Both the position numbers and the translations under genes were made by a program. A DNA stretch of 64,000 bases from an uncultured Eubacteriales bacterium (GTDB lineage: Bacteria > Bacillota > Clostridia > Peptostreptococcales > Anaerovoracaceae), in the NCBI GenBank assembly GCA_949285555.1, contig CASDYG010000007.1, positions 25,457 to 89,456 on the forward strand, in the 5' to 3' direction. The notes beneath the pieces were generated by a model, which was not told the origin of the DNA, ran no database searches, and saw only the letters and a program-made list of their open reading frames with translations. Position 1 is the stretch's first letter, and every line of letters starts with the position of its first letter. Shown here piece after piece: positions 28,923 to 39,000 of this stretch.

Positions 28923-29871
28923 CTATTTCTCCCTCACTTCTATTGTAATATATAAGTCCACCTACCACTATTACACACCCTGCTAGTTGCCACCATGTTG
29001 GGAGCTGCTGCAAGAATATAAATGCTAAAAGGATAGCAGATACTGCTTCACCCGACTCCAAGGTGGAAACATAAAGTGAATCTACTTTATCAAGGCAAAG
29101 ATTAAATACTGCGTGAGCACCTAACTGGCAAATGATTGTAAGCATTATTATATATACATAATCCCGCGGTGAATAACCTATTAACTGCGTTCCCGTTAAA
29201 ATACAACCTACAAAAAATGAAATCCAGCAAAATAGAAACACTAAAAGTACATATATGGAACCTGCTATTCTCTTTCTTGCTACATGACCGATAAAAAAGT
29301 ATATTCCCATAAATATGGCAGCAGCAATTGCTAAAATATCACCCTGCCAGTTACTCTGAGTCAGCTTTTGGTAATCCAGTCCTGCAATAATCACACTCCC
29401 AAAAATGGCGAATACTATCCCAATAAGGGATTGAAGCCTTGTCCTCTTTTTTAAAATAAAAAGAGATAAAACAATGACTACAAGTGGATGTAAAGCGGCA
29501 AGTACTACTGCACTTGCTATGTTTGTAAGCTTAACTGCATTAAACCATGTAAAAAAATGCCCGAACAAAAATATTCCAGCCATTGCTGTTAAAGAATAAT
29601 CCTTAACTGTTAAGCCTTTAAACTGCTCTAACCCTTTATTACGACCTACAAATACTGAAATAACAAAAACAGGGAGTGCCAATGTTAACCTCCAAAAGCC
29701 TATAGCCATGGAGGGAGCATTTATGAGGGCACCAAATATTCCTGATGCGGATCCACAGACAACAGCAATAACAACAATGAGCTTAACATATCTTTCTACG
29801 AAACTTTTCAAAGCTTTTCTACTCCTGTTCAACAAGCTTTTTAAGTGACTCCTCATAAGGAGGATAGGCAA
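28906..29871 (-). CDS. DMT/EamA-family transporter (true start may be the TTG at 29811)
   Basis: 321 aa ORF with about 10 TM helices. The first ~20 codons overlap mtnA. An AGGAG lies 9 nt before the in-frame TTG at 29811. Confidence 0.7.
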   Translation of the reverse strand: MPILLMRSHLKSLLNRSRKALKSFVERYVKLIVVIAVVCGSASGIFGALINAPSMAIGFWRLTLALPVFVISVFVGRNKGLEQFKGLTVKDYSLTAMAGIFLFGHFFTWFNAVKLTNIASAVVLAALHPLVVIVLSLFILKKRTRLQSLIGIVFAIFGSVIIAGLDYQKLTQSNWQGDILAIAAAIFMGIYFFIGHVARKRIAGSIYVLLVFLFCWISFFVGCILTGTQLIGYSPRDYVYIIMLTIICQLGAHAVFNLCLDKVDSLYVSTLESGEAVSAILLAFIFLQQLPTWWQLAGCVIVVGGLIYYNRSEGEIDELQG

Positions 29872-30874
29872 TTCCTCTTTCAGTCACAACTGCGGTAATA
29901 TATTTAGCCGGTGTAACATCAAAGGCAGGATTAAATGTTTTTATACCCTTAGGAGCCATATCCTTTGCATACCACATTTTGTAAATTTCTTCTCCATCAC
30001 GCTCTTCAATAGGTATATCTGCACCAGTTTTAGTGTTTAAATCAATAGTTGAAGTAGGTACAAACATATAAAATGGTATACCATATTCCTTTGCTAAAAT
30101 TGCTACTCCCATAGTACCGATTTTGTTAGCACCATCTCCATTTGCAGCCATTCTGTCACACCCTACTACGACAGCATCTATCTTGCCCTGGCTCATAACT
30201 GTAGCTGCCATATTATCACATATCAGGGTTACATCTATCCCTGCTTTATCAAGTTCCCAGGCTGTAAGCCTTGCTCCCTGCAGAAGTGGCCTTGTCTCGT
30301 CCGCAAAAACCTTTATTTTCATCCCTTTTTCTTTAGCTAAATGAACGGGGGCAAGACAGGTACCGTATTTGGTCGTTGCTATTGTTCCAGCATTACAGTG
30401 AGTAAGAATCCCCATGCCTTCCTTCAAAAGCGATAATCCATACTCTCCCATTTTTTTTGAAGCCTTAATATCCTCTTCCATTATGGAAACAGCTTCAGTT
30501 CTAAGTACATCCCTAAGTTTATCATTTCCAACGCCAAAGGCCGTATCATCGAATACCCTGCACATCCTGTTAATCGCCCATTCCAAATTTACAGCAGTAG
30601 GTCTGGAGCTGGCAATATAGTCTGCCTTTTCGTGAAAATCCAGCGCTAATTTTTTTCTGTCATTTATGGTCCAGTCAACAGATTTCCATAACCCCAGTGC
30701 TGCTGCTACACCAATGGCAGGAGCACCTCTAACCTTGAGCTTTTTTATAGCATCATAAATATCCTCTTGTGTTTCTATTTCTATAAAAACTTCTTCTCCC
30801 GGAAGTCTGGTCTGATCTAGTAAAAGCAGCCTGTCTGATTCAAATTTTATAGGTGAAATATCTAATTTAGCCAT
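29819..30874 (-). CDS. mtnA: S-methyl-5-thioribose-1-phosphate isomerase
   Basis: eIF-2B-like isomerase pattern (..VRGAPAIGVAAA.., ..GADRMAANGD-type GCDRMAANGDGANKIGT). Start placed at MAKLD.. (30874), preceded by GGGAAAGGGAGAA. The ORF track extends to 30898. Confidence 0.85.
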   Translation of the reverse strand: MAKLDISPIKFESDRLLLLDQTRLPGEEVFIEIETQEDIYDAIKKLKVRGAPAIGVAAALGLWKSVDWTINDRKKLALDFHEKADYIASSRPTAVNLEWAINRMCRVFDDTAFGVGNDKLRDVLRTEAVSIMEEDIKASKKMGEYGLSLLKEGMGILTHCNAGTIATTKYGTCLAPVHLAKEKGMKIKVFADETRPLLQGARLTAWELDKAGIDVTLICDNMAATVMSQGKIDAVVVGCDRMAANGDGANKIGTMGVAILAKEYGIPFYMFVPTSTIDLNTKTGADIPIEERDGEEIYKMWYAKDMAPKGIKTFNPAFDVTPAKYITAVVTERGIAYPPYEESLKKLVEQE

Positions 30875-30985
30875 CGGTTCTCCCTTTCCCAAATACATAT
30901 TTCATATATCATCAACAAATCCATCTACGCACATATAATATATTTTACTTTAAAAATCCTTTTGTAACAAGCTTTCATTATAGTA

Positions 30986-31014
30986 TTGTCAAAAACATAA
31001 AATTTTGATAATAT
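30986..31014 (+). promoter_or_regulatory. Sigma-70 type promoter upstream of tRNA-Ala (TTGTCA-17-TAATAT)
   Basis: TTGTCA (30986-30991), 17-nt spacer, TAATAT (31009-31014), about 50 nt before the tRNA 5' end. Confidence 0.45.
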
Positions 31015-31068
31015 AAATGTTAGTTACAATATGAAAAGTAAATACATAATGTAAAACATTAACTTCGT

Positions 31069-31144
31069 GGGGGATTGGCGCAGCTGGGAGCGCGTTTGAC
31101 TGGCAGTCAAAAGGTCAGGGGTTCAAGTCCCCTATTCTCCACCA
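31069..31144 (+). tRNA. tRNA-Ala (anticodon GGC)
   Basis: 76-nt cloverleaf folded by hand. Acceptor GGGGGAT/ATTCTCC with the G3:U70 alanine identity pair, D-arm GCGC..GCGC, anticodon stem TTTGA/TCAAA with loop CTGGCAG, T-arm CAGGGGTTCAAGTCCCCT, encoded CCA. Confidence 0.9.
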
Positions 31145-31148
31145 CAAT

Positions 31149-31169
31149 GCAGCCTTCGGCTGCTTTTTT
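31149..31169 (+). terminator. Intrinsic terminator after tRNA-Ala
   Basis: GCAGCC-TTCG-GCTGC hairpin followed by T6. Confidence 0.7.
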
Positions 31170-31245
31170 ATTGCCTAATATAACAAAAAGCCTAACCTGC
31201 CACAATACAGATTAGGCACTTATAACATCATTTGTAGGTTCCCTG

Positions 31246-32700
31246 CTAGAGCTTCGTATTTATATTTCTGAGAAGGTCTGACTTCATATCCCAAAGCTTT
31301 TGCGTTAAATCCACATAGTATGTCTGAGGATTCTCGAATCTCAGAGTTTCATCCCAAAGTCTTGCAATCTGCTCCTTACAATATTCTCTGGTTTCATCAA
31401 TGGCGGGAACATCATAGACACATTTCCCTTCTAAAAATATCGCCTTTCGCAGATTTATTGCCTCATAGTTGCAAAGTGTCTTTCGCTTCCATATGGCATT
31501 AGGATCAAAAATTTCGTATCCGTCATTTTTTGGAGCTTCTTCACCGTCCAGTGCAATAAGATCAGCAAGTGCCTTCCCTGTAGCCTTATCATACAATCTA
31601 TAAAGTGTCTTAAAGCCTGGATTTGTAATCTTTTCTACATTTTCAGAAATCTTTATCTTCGGGATAATCTTGCCATTTTCTTCAATAGCAGAAAGCTTAT
31701 ATACTCCACCAAAGACTGATTCTGACTTGGCAGTAATCAATCTTTCACCTACACCAAAGCCATCTATTTTAGCTCCCTCAGCAAGCACATCAGAAATAAT
31801 ATGTTCATCAAGGGAATTTGAAACAGTAATTTTCACTTCATGAAGATCCGCATCATCCAGCATTTTTCTTGCTCTCTTAGTAAGATACGCAATATCTCCA
31901 CTATCGATTCTGATTCCCATATGCCTTGGTCTAATCTCTTTAAATACCTTTATGGCAGCAGGAACTCCTGACTTTAGAACATTGTAAGTATCTACCAGCA
32001 AAATACAGTTGTCCGGATATATCTTTGCATAGGTTTTAAATGCTTCATACTCATTTGGGAACATCTGAACCCAGCTATGAGCCATCGTACCTTGAGCAGG
32101 CACATTAAAATCTCTATCAGCAATGGTACATGCCGTTCCGACACATCCACCAATATATGCTGCCTTAGCGCCATATATTGCGGCAGATGCCCCATGAGCT
32201 CTTCGCGTGCCAAACTCTAATACGGGTATCCCCTTCGCCGCTCTAACTATTCGATTAGCCTTAGTCGCAATCAGACTTTGATGATTCACTATCAAAAGCA
32301 GCATTGTTTCTATAAACTGGGCCTGCATTATAGGACCCCTGACGGTTAATATAGGCTCGTGTGGAAATATAGGCGTGCCATCAGGTACAGCCCATACATC
32401 ACATTTAAATTCGAAAGCTTCCAGATATTCAAGAAATTCTTCACAAAAAAGCTGCTTGCTTCTAAGATACTGTATATCCTCCGATGTGAACCTTAGTTCC
32501 TTTAAATATTCTACTACCTGCTGTAAGCCTGCCATAATGGCAAAGCCTCCACCGTCTGGTACTCTTCTGAAAAATAAATCGAAATATGCTATTCTATCGT
32601 CCAGTCCAGCTTGAAAATATCCGTTTGCCATGGTTAGCTCATAAAAATCGGTGAGCATAGTAAGATTATCAATACCATAGCCGTCTTTAATGCTTTTCAT
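31246..32700 (-). CDS. pncB: Nicotinate phosphoribosyltransferase
   Basis: NAPRTase pattern (LTMLTDFYELTMANGYF.., FGTRRAHG, GTMAHSW). Start placed at MKSIKDG (32700) behind AGGAGAACAT. The ORF track extends to 32817. Confidence 0.85.
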   Translation of the reverse strand: MKSIKDGYGIDNLTMLTDFYELTMANGYFQAGLDDRIAYFDLFFRRVPDGGGFAIMAGLQQVVEYLKELRFTSEDIQYLRSKQLFCEEFLEYLEAFEFKCDVWAVPDGTPIFPHEPILTVRGPIMQAQFIETMLLLIVNHQSLIATKANRIVRAAKGIPVLEFGTRRAHGASAAIYGAKAAYIGGCVGTACTIADRDFNVPAQGTMAHSWVQMFPNEYEAFKTYAKIYPDNCILLVDTYNVLKSGVPAAIKVFKEIRPRHMGIRIDSGDIAYLTKRARKMLDDADLHEVKITVSNSLDEHIISDVLAEGAKIDGFGVGERLITAKSESVFGGVYKLSAIEENGKIIPKIKISENVEKITNPGFKTLYRLYDKATGKALADLIALDGEEAPKNDGYEIFDPNAIWKRKTLCNYEAINLRKAIFLEGKCVYDVPAIDETREYCKEQIARLWDETLRFENPQTYYVDLTQKLWDMKSDLLRNINTKL

Positions 32701-32940
32701 ATGTTCTCCTAAGACATACCTGTAAGTTCTAATGACCCTCAAATCATAAAGAGTGTCACTATGCCTATTATATATCACTTTTATAACTTCTTCAAGGAAG
32801 AGAGTATTAAGTGACATCTAATAACTCATATGGCAAGCTTTTTAAGCATATATTGATGTATCATTAAATTTTGCACAAATTATCAATTGTACATGTGAGT
32901 TGCAGTTAAATACTATGTTGCATTATGGCTATTTCCCCTG

Positions 32941-32969
32941 AAAAAAAGACTACAGCATAGCTGTAGCCT
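32941..32969 (-). terminator. Intrinsic terminator after the giant surface-protein gene
   Basis: GGCTACAGC-TAT-GCTGTAGTC hairpin followed by T7 on the minus strand. Confidence 0.65.
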
Positions 32970-33004
32970 TTTATTACTTACCATTTAACCAATATGGTTA
33001 AGTT

Positions 33005-36000
33005 TTAGCCTCTGGCCTTTCGCCTTGATACGGCAGCAGCCAGACCCGCTAAGATACCTAGAGATAATAGTGCCAATGGATTTTCCTCATCTCCGGTTTT
33101 TGGAGCCTTTTTCTTATTATCAGGTGTCTTTTTATCTGCCGGTTTTTCAGGAACAAACTTCCATGTTCCGACAAACTTAACATCCTTATCCACTAGCTTT
33201 TCATCTGCATCCCAGCCTACAAACTTCCATGTACCACCAATCACAGTTAGGTGAGTATATTCACCACTAATCTTAAATGGCGTAGCCTTGCTTCCCTCAT
33301 ACTGCTTTCTTTCTGGTGGTAGAAGCCTCTTTATTGCTTCTGGTATTTCACTTCCATCCTCCGATATAAACTCGTGAGTTATAGTGTACTCAGGTTTCAT
33401 CTCCTTATGCCATATTCCAGTAAACACGGCAGGATCTTCTGAAATAGTTACATTTAACTTATCCCATTCTTTGAATGTGTAGATGGCATCATAAGTTTCA
33501 ACCATACCAGATTTAAGTTCCATAACAGCTACTAAGTCGCCATGATAATAATAAGCATTATCCTTTGGCAATAGCTCCATAACCTCTTCTGGAAGTACAG
33601 TATTAGGATCATCTCCTACAAACTCATATGTTACCTGCTTTTTCTCACCCTCAGTAAACGTCCATACACCAGTGAACTTTTCATTCTTGTTGGTTACAGT
33701 AATCTTATCCTTATCCCAACCGGTGAACGTCCATGTACCTTCTCTTACCTTTACCTCACCATCAGGTATTTCTGTAGCTGTGATCTCATCACCTTCGTAC
33801 AGATCTGTGTGAGCAGGTGGAAGCAGGTTCATAACTTGCTCTGGAACTGGGCTGCCATCATTACTTGTAAACTCATAGCTCACATTGTACTTATTCCCTT
33901 CAGTAAAGGTCCATGTTCCTGTGAAGCTGTGATTCTTATCAGTAACTGTCAGGCTAGGATTATCCCAACCATTAAATGTCCATGTACCAGTCCTTACCTT
34001 AACAGTAGTTTTGTCTATTGGGTCTGGTGTTACTACTACACCCTCATATACATCAGGCTTATCCGGAGGAGTTAGCTTCTTAATCTCTTCAGGTATTTCA
34101 GGACTGTTTCCATCAGGCTTAAAGTTATATGTTACCGTATACTTTGGTGCCTCTGTGAAGCTCCAAGTTCCTGTGAAGGTTACATCTCCCTTGTTTACCT
34201 GCTTGCTGTCATGATCCCAGCCATCAAATGTCCATGTTCCCTCTGTTACCTTAACAGTCTTTACTGCAACATCTGCTGCCTGAGCTGTTACTGTTACTCC
34301 GTCATACAGTCCTTCAATATTTGCTGGCTTTTGCTGTAGCACCTCTGGTGGCAGCGTTCTTCCTGCTGTAGCTGCCGCTACAAACTCATGAACCGCCTTG
34401 TACTTCTCGCCCTCTGTGAAGGTCCAGCTTCCTGTTATTACAAGATCTTCTGTTCCCATCTTGGCGGTTGGCTTATCCCAGCTATCAAAGGTCCATACTC
34501 CCTCTGTTACCTTATGAGTATTCTGCTTTGGTGCATCTGCTGTTACATCTGCTTCCTCATATACATTGGTCTTTTCTTCTGGCAGATATGCATTTATCGC
34601 TTCTGGTAGTGGCTTATCTGTATCCTTTGCTACAAACCTATATACTACCTTATGCTTTGGTGCCTCTGTAAAGCTCCATGTTCCTGTAAAGGTTACATCC
34701 TCATCTCCTACTGTGGCCTCTGTTGGTCCCCAGCCATTAAATGTCCATGTTCCATTTGGTTCCTTTACAGTCTTATCTGTTATCTCATCTGGAGTTACCC
34801 TTACTCCCTTGTAGATTCCTTCCTTCTTTGGTGGAAGCTTTCCTTTTATGGAGTCTGGCAGCTCTGGTGAGCCTGCTGCTGGTACGAAGCTATGTATTAC
34901 ATCATGCTTTGGCTTTTCTGTGAAGCTCCATGTTCCTGTGAAGGTTACATCTCCTCCATTTACCTGCTTTTCGTCTTCATCCCAGCCATTGAAGTGCCAG
35001 AAGCCCTCTACTACTTCTACATCTACATCTGTGATTGGTGTAGGATGTGCCATGCTTTCATCATATACATTTTCTATGTCTGCTGGCAGCTTCTGTGTAA
35101 CCACTTCTGGTAACTGTCTATCTGTTCCTGCTGCAGGTTCAAAGACATGCTTTACCTTATACTTATTGAAGCTCCAAGTACCTGTAAATACAGTATTTTT
35201 GCCTACAGTTTTACTCTCTTCATCCCAGCTGTCAAATGTCCAAGTACCATTAGGTAGTTTAACACTTTGCTTCTTAGGAGGATTTGGCCTTACTGTAGTT
35301 TCCACATAAACATCTTCTATATCATCTGGAAGTGCAGCCTCTACCTCAGGTGGAAGTGTACTAGGACTACCCGCCGCTGGAACAAATCTATGGGTTACAT
35401 TCACCTTATCTGCTTCAGTGAAATTCCATGTACCTGTGAAGGTTACATCACCCTTATTTATCTGTTTGCTTTCCTTATCCCAGCCAGCAAATGTCCATGT
35501 ACCCTCTGTTACCTTAACCGACTGTACTGCCACCTTAGTTGCGGTAGCTGTCATTCCATCATAGAAACCTTCAATATTTTCAGGCTTATGCTGAAGTACC
35601 TCTTGCGGAAGTGCTCTTCCTGCTGTAGCTGCCGCTACAAACTCATGGATTGCCTTGTACTTCTCGCCCTCTGTAAAGGTCCAGGTTCCTGTTATTACAA
35701 GGTCCGCTGTTCCCATTACGCTTCCCGCAGGTAGATCCCAACTATTAAAGCTCCATACTCCCTCTGTTACCTTATGAGTCTTCTGCTTTGGATCAGCTGC
35801 CTGTATAGGGGTCTTTTCATATACATCTGTCTGATTTTCAGGTAGATACTGATTTATTTCTGCTGGCAATGGTTTATCCGTGCCACTTGCAATAAATTTA
35901 TATGTAATATTGTGCTTAGGTGCCTCTACAAAGCTCCATGTTCCTGTAAAGGTTATATTTGCACCTTCTATCTTCTTGGATTTTGCATCCCAGCCATCAA

Positions 36001-39000
36001 ATGTCCATGTTCCCTCAAGTAATGTATGTGTATTATTTGTTGGGTCCTGTGGTGTTACAACCACCTCATCATATACGCCCTTTTGAGTAGCAGGCTTATA
36101 GCCTTCTATTTCAGGAGGAAGAGCTCTGGTCTCTCCTGCCTTTGCCTCAAACTTGTAAAGTACATCATACTTGTTAGCCTCTGTGAAGCTCCATTTACCT
36201 AGGAACTCTATATCCCCACCATTGATTTGCTTAGAATCCTTATCCCAGCCTAAGAATGTCCACTTTCCTTCTGTCACCTTATGCTCAGTCGCAGTAGGAG
36301 CCTGTGGATTTACAACAGTTTCATTGTATACATTTTGCTGATTCTCAGGCTTATATTTTTCTATCTCAGCAGGAAGTGGTCGTGATTCTCCATCTGCTAC
36401 AGCAAATCTATAAGTTACATTGTACTTGTCTGCTTCAGTAAAATGCCACTTGCCAACAAACTCTGATGGGCCATTTACTACTAACTCAGTAGGAGTCCAG
36501 CCATCAAATGTCCATGTACCATTATAAAGCTTCACGCTTTCAGTAGTAGGACTATTAGGTCTTACGGTGCTTCCCTCATATACATCTGTAATATTTGCAG
36601 GGAGTGTGGCATTTACCTCCTGTGGCAATGTGGAAGGGCTACCCTCTGCCGGCTCATATCTATGAGTTACATCGTATTTCGGTGCTTCAGTAAAGCCCCA
36701 TGTTCCTACGAATTCAACATTTGCACCATTTATAACCTTGGTAGGCTGATCCCAGCCCTTAAAGGTCCATGTACCCTCTGTAACTCTTACAGTCTTAACA
36801 GCTACATCTACAGCAGATGCAGTCATTCCATCATAAAGTCCCTCAATATCATTTGGTTTGCTATTGAGAATCTCATTTGGCAATGTTCTACCTGCCGCCT
36901 GCTCAACCACATAGGTATGTGTCGCCTTATATTTAGTACCTTCTGTGAAAGTCCAGGAACCTGTAATAGTCAGATCGCTTTTACCCATAACCGTATTAGG
37001 TGCAAGATCCCAGCTATCGAAGTTCCATGTACCCTCTACTACCTTATGTGTTTTAGTAGTAGGATCAGCGGCGGTAATAGGAGTTCCTTCATACACATCA
37101 TTCTGTGCAGGAGGGAGGTAATTGTTAATTTCTACTGGAAGCTCTTTGGTTGTACCCTTAGCTGCAAACTGATATATAACATTATGTTTTGGCGCCTCAA
37201 CAAATGACCATGTACCAACAAATTCAACATTAGAATCTCCAACTACAGCATTCGCTGGCTTCCAGCCATCAAATGTCCATGTTCCGTTGAGTTCCTTAAC
37301 CGTCTTGCCGGTAAAGTCTGTAGGTGAAACAGTAACGCCCTTATATACACCTTTCTGATCCTTTGGAAGCTTTGACTTTACAGATTCAGGTAGAGCAGGT
37401 GCACCCTGTGCAGGCTCAAATCTGTGTACTACATCATACTTTGGATTTTCCACAAAGCTCCATGTACCAGTAAATGTTACATTTCCACCTCTTATCTGTT
37501 TTTCACTAGCATCCCAACCGTCAAAATGCCAGTTTCCTTCTACCACGCTTACATCCTTATCGCTCTCTTTCAGGTCTGTAGGCCTTGCGGTAGTTTCATC
37601 ATACACATCATTTACATCCTTTGGAAGCTTAGCAGTAACTTCTGGTGGAAGTTCTCTTGTAACTCCATCGGCTGCCTTAAATTTGTGTATTATCTTATAC
37701 TTGTTCGCCTCTACAAATGACCACTTACCTACAAATGTAACATCATCTGCATTTATCTTTGCAGTCTTAGGCTCCCAGCCATCAAACGTCCATGTACCTT
37801 CCGTCACCTTAACTGTTTTCTTAGAAGGATCCGTCGGTGATACACTGGATTCATTCTTTAGATTTTCAATATCAGCAGGCTTTAGAGTAGTCACCTCTGT
37901 CGGAAGACTCCAGCCCTTAGTAGCTGATTCAAACGTATGCTTCGCCTTATATCTCTTCTTCCATTCTGGCTTTAGCTTATTTTCAATTTGGAAATTATTA
38001 TTTGCAAGTCCAACTGAAATAAGGTGCTCATCCTTGCCATCAGTTAGATCATATTGCTTCGGTGCGGAAAGCTCCTTTAAGATATAGTTTCCTCTTACTA
38101 CCTTCACCTTTACAGGATGTTCAAGATCACCTTCAAGGCAAAGCTCTCCCTTAGCATTTGTCACCAAGTTCTCCAGCTTTACACCGTCTTCATTGGTGGC
38201 AACAGTTCTTTCATTATTTTTACCTAAAGCATACAAAGTGAATTTCGCACCCTCAATTGGCTGCTTTATGCCAGGTTCGCCTTCCTTTTCTTCCTCGCTT
38301 ACCTTCGTAATTACAGCAGTACTATATTCACTTACCTGAGCTCCTATTACACCTGGTACTACCGTACCCGTCCTTTTCTTTGGTGCAGGACTCTTTCCAT
38401 CCTCAATAGGAGTTTTCTCAATTCTTGGTCCGGTTCCGTCAGGACTTGATTCCTTATCCTGTGCATAGTAAGCAAAGGAATTGTGGTAAATCGGGAATTT
38501 ATCCTTATCTAAATCTGGTGAGTTGTTCACGATTTCATTGGAATAAACTACCGTTAACCAGCCACCCTTTTCTCTTCCAATTCCTTTAAAATTCTTTATG
38601 TGAATTTTAAAGCCTTTACCTACTACCTTGTTCAGTCCACCAGCTTCCTCTATCAACTTTTCTTCCTCTGGCGTAAGGGCTTCACCTGCCGGCTTTTCAA
38701 GAATGATATTCTTTGGCACTAATGCTTCCTCAGCACTTTCTGTCATAGCACCATTCTTCTCTATCTGAACCTTCTTAGCTTCCCACTCAGCCTCTCTGGG
38801 CTTGGTAGGATCTTCGCTTTCTTTAGTCAGGTAGTATATATGATATACATTTACCTGCATGAGCTTATCCTCAGGAACTTCCGTTCCTTCAGGTGGTTCT
38901 TCCTTATATGAGTTTTTCTTTTCTCCCACCTTGATAAGCTGCTCCGTAAAATCCTGTTTATTTTCTCCATTATAGATATTGATATAATCCGTTGATTTTA

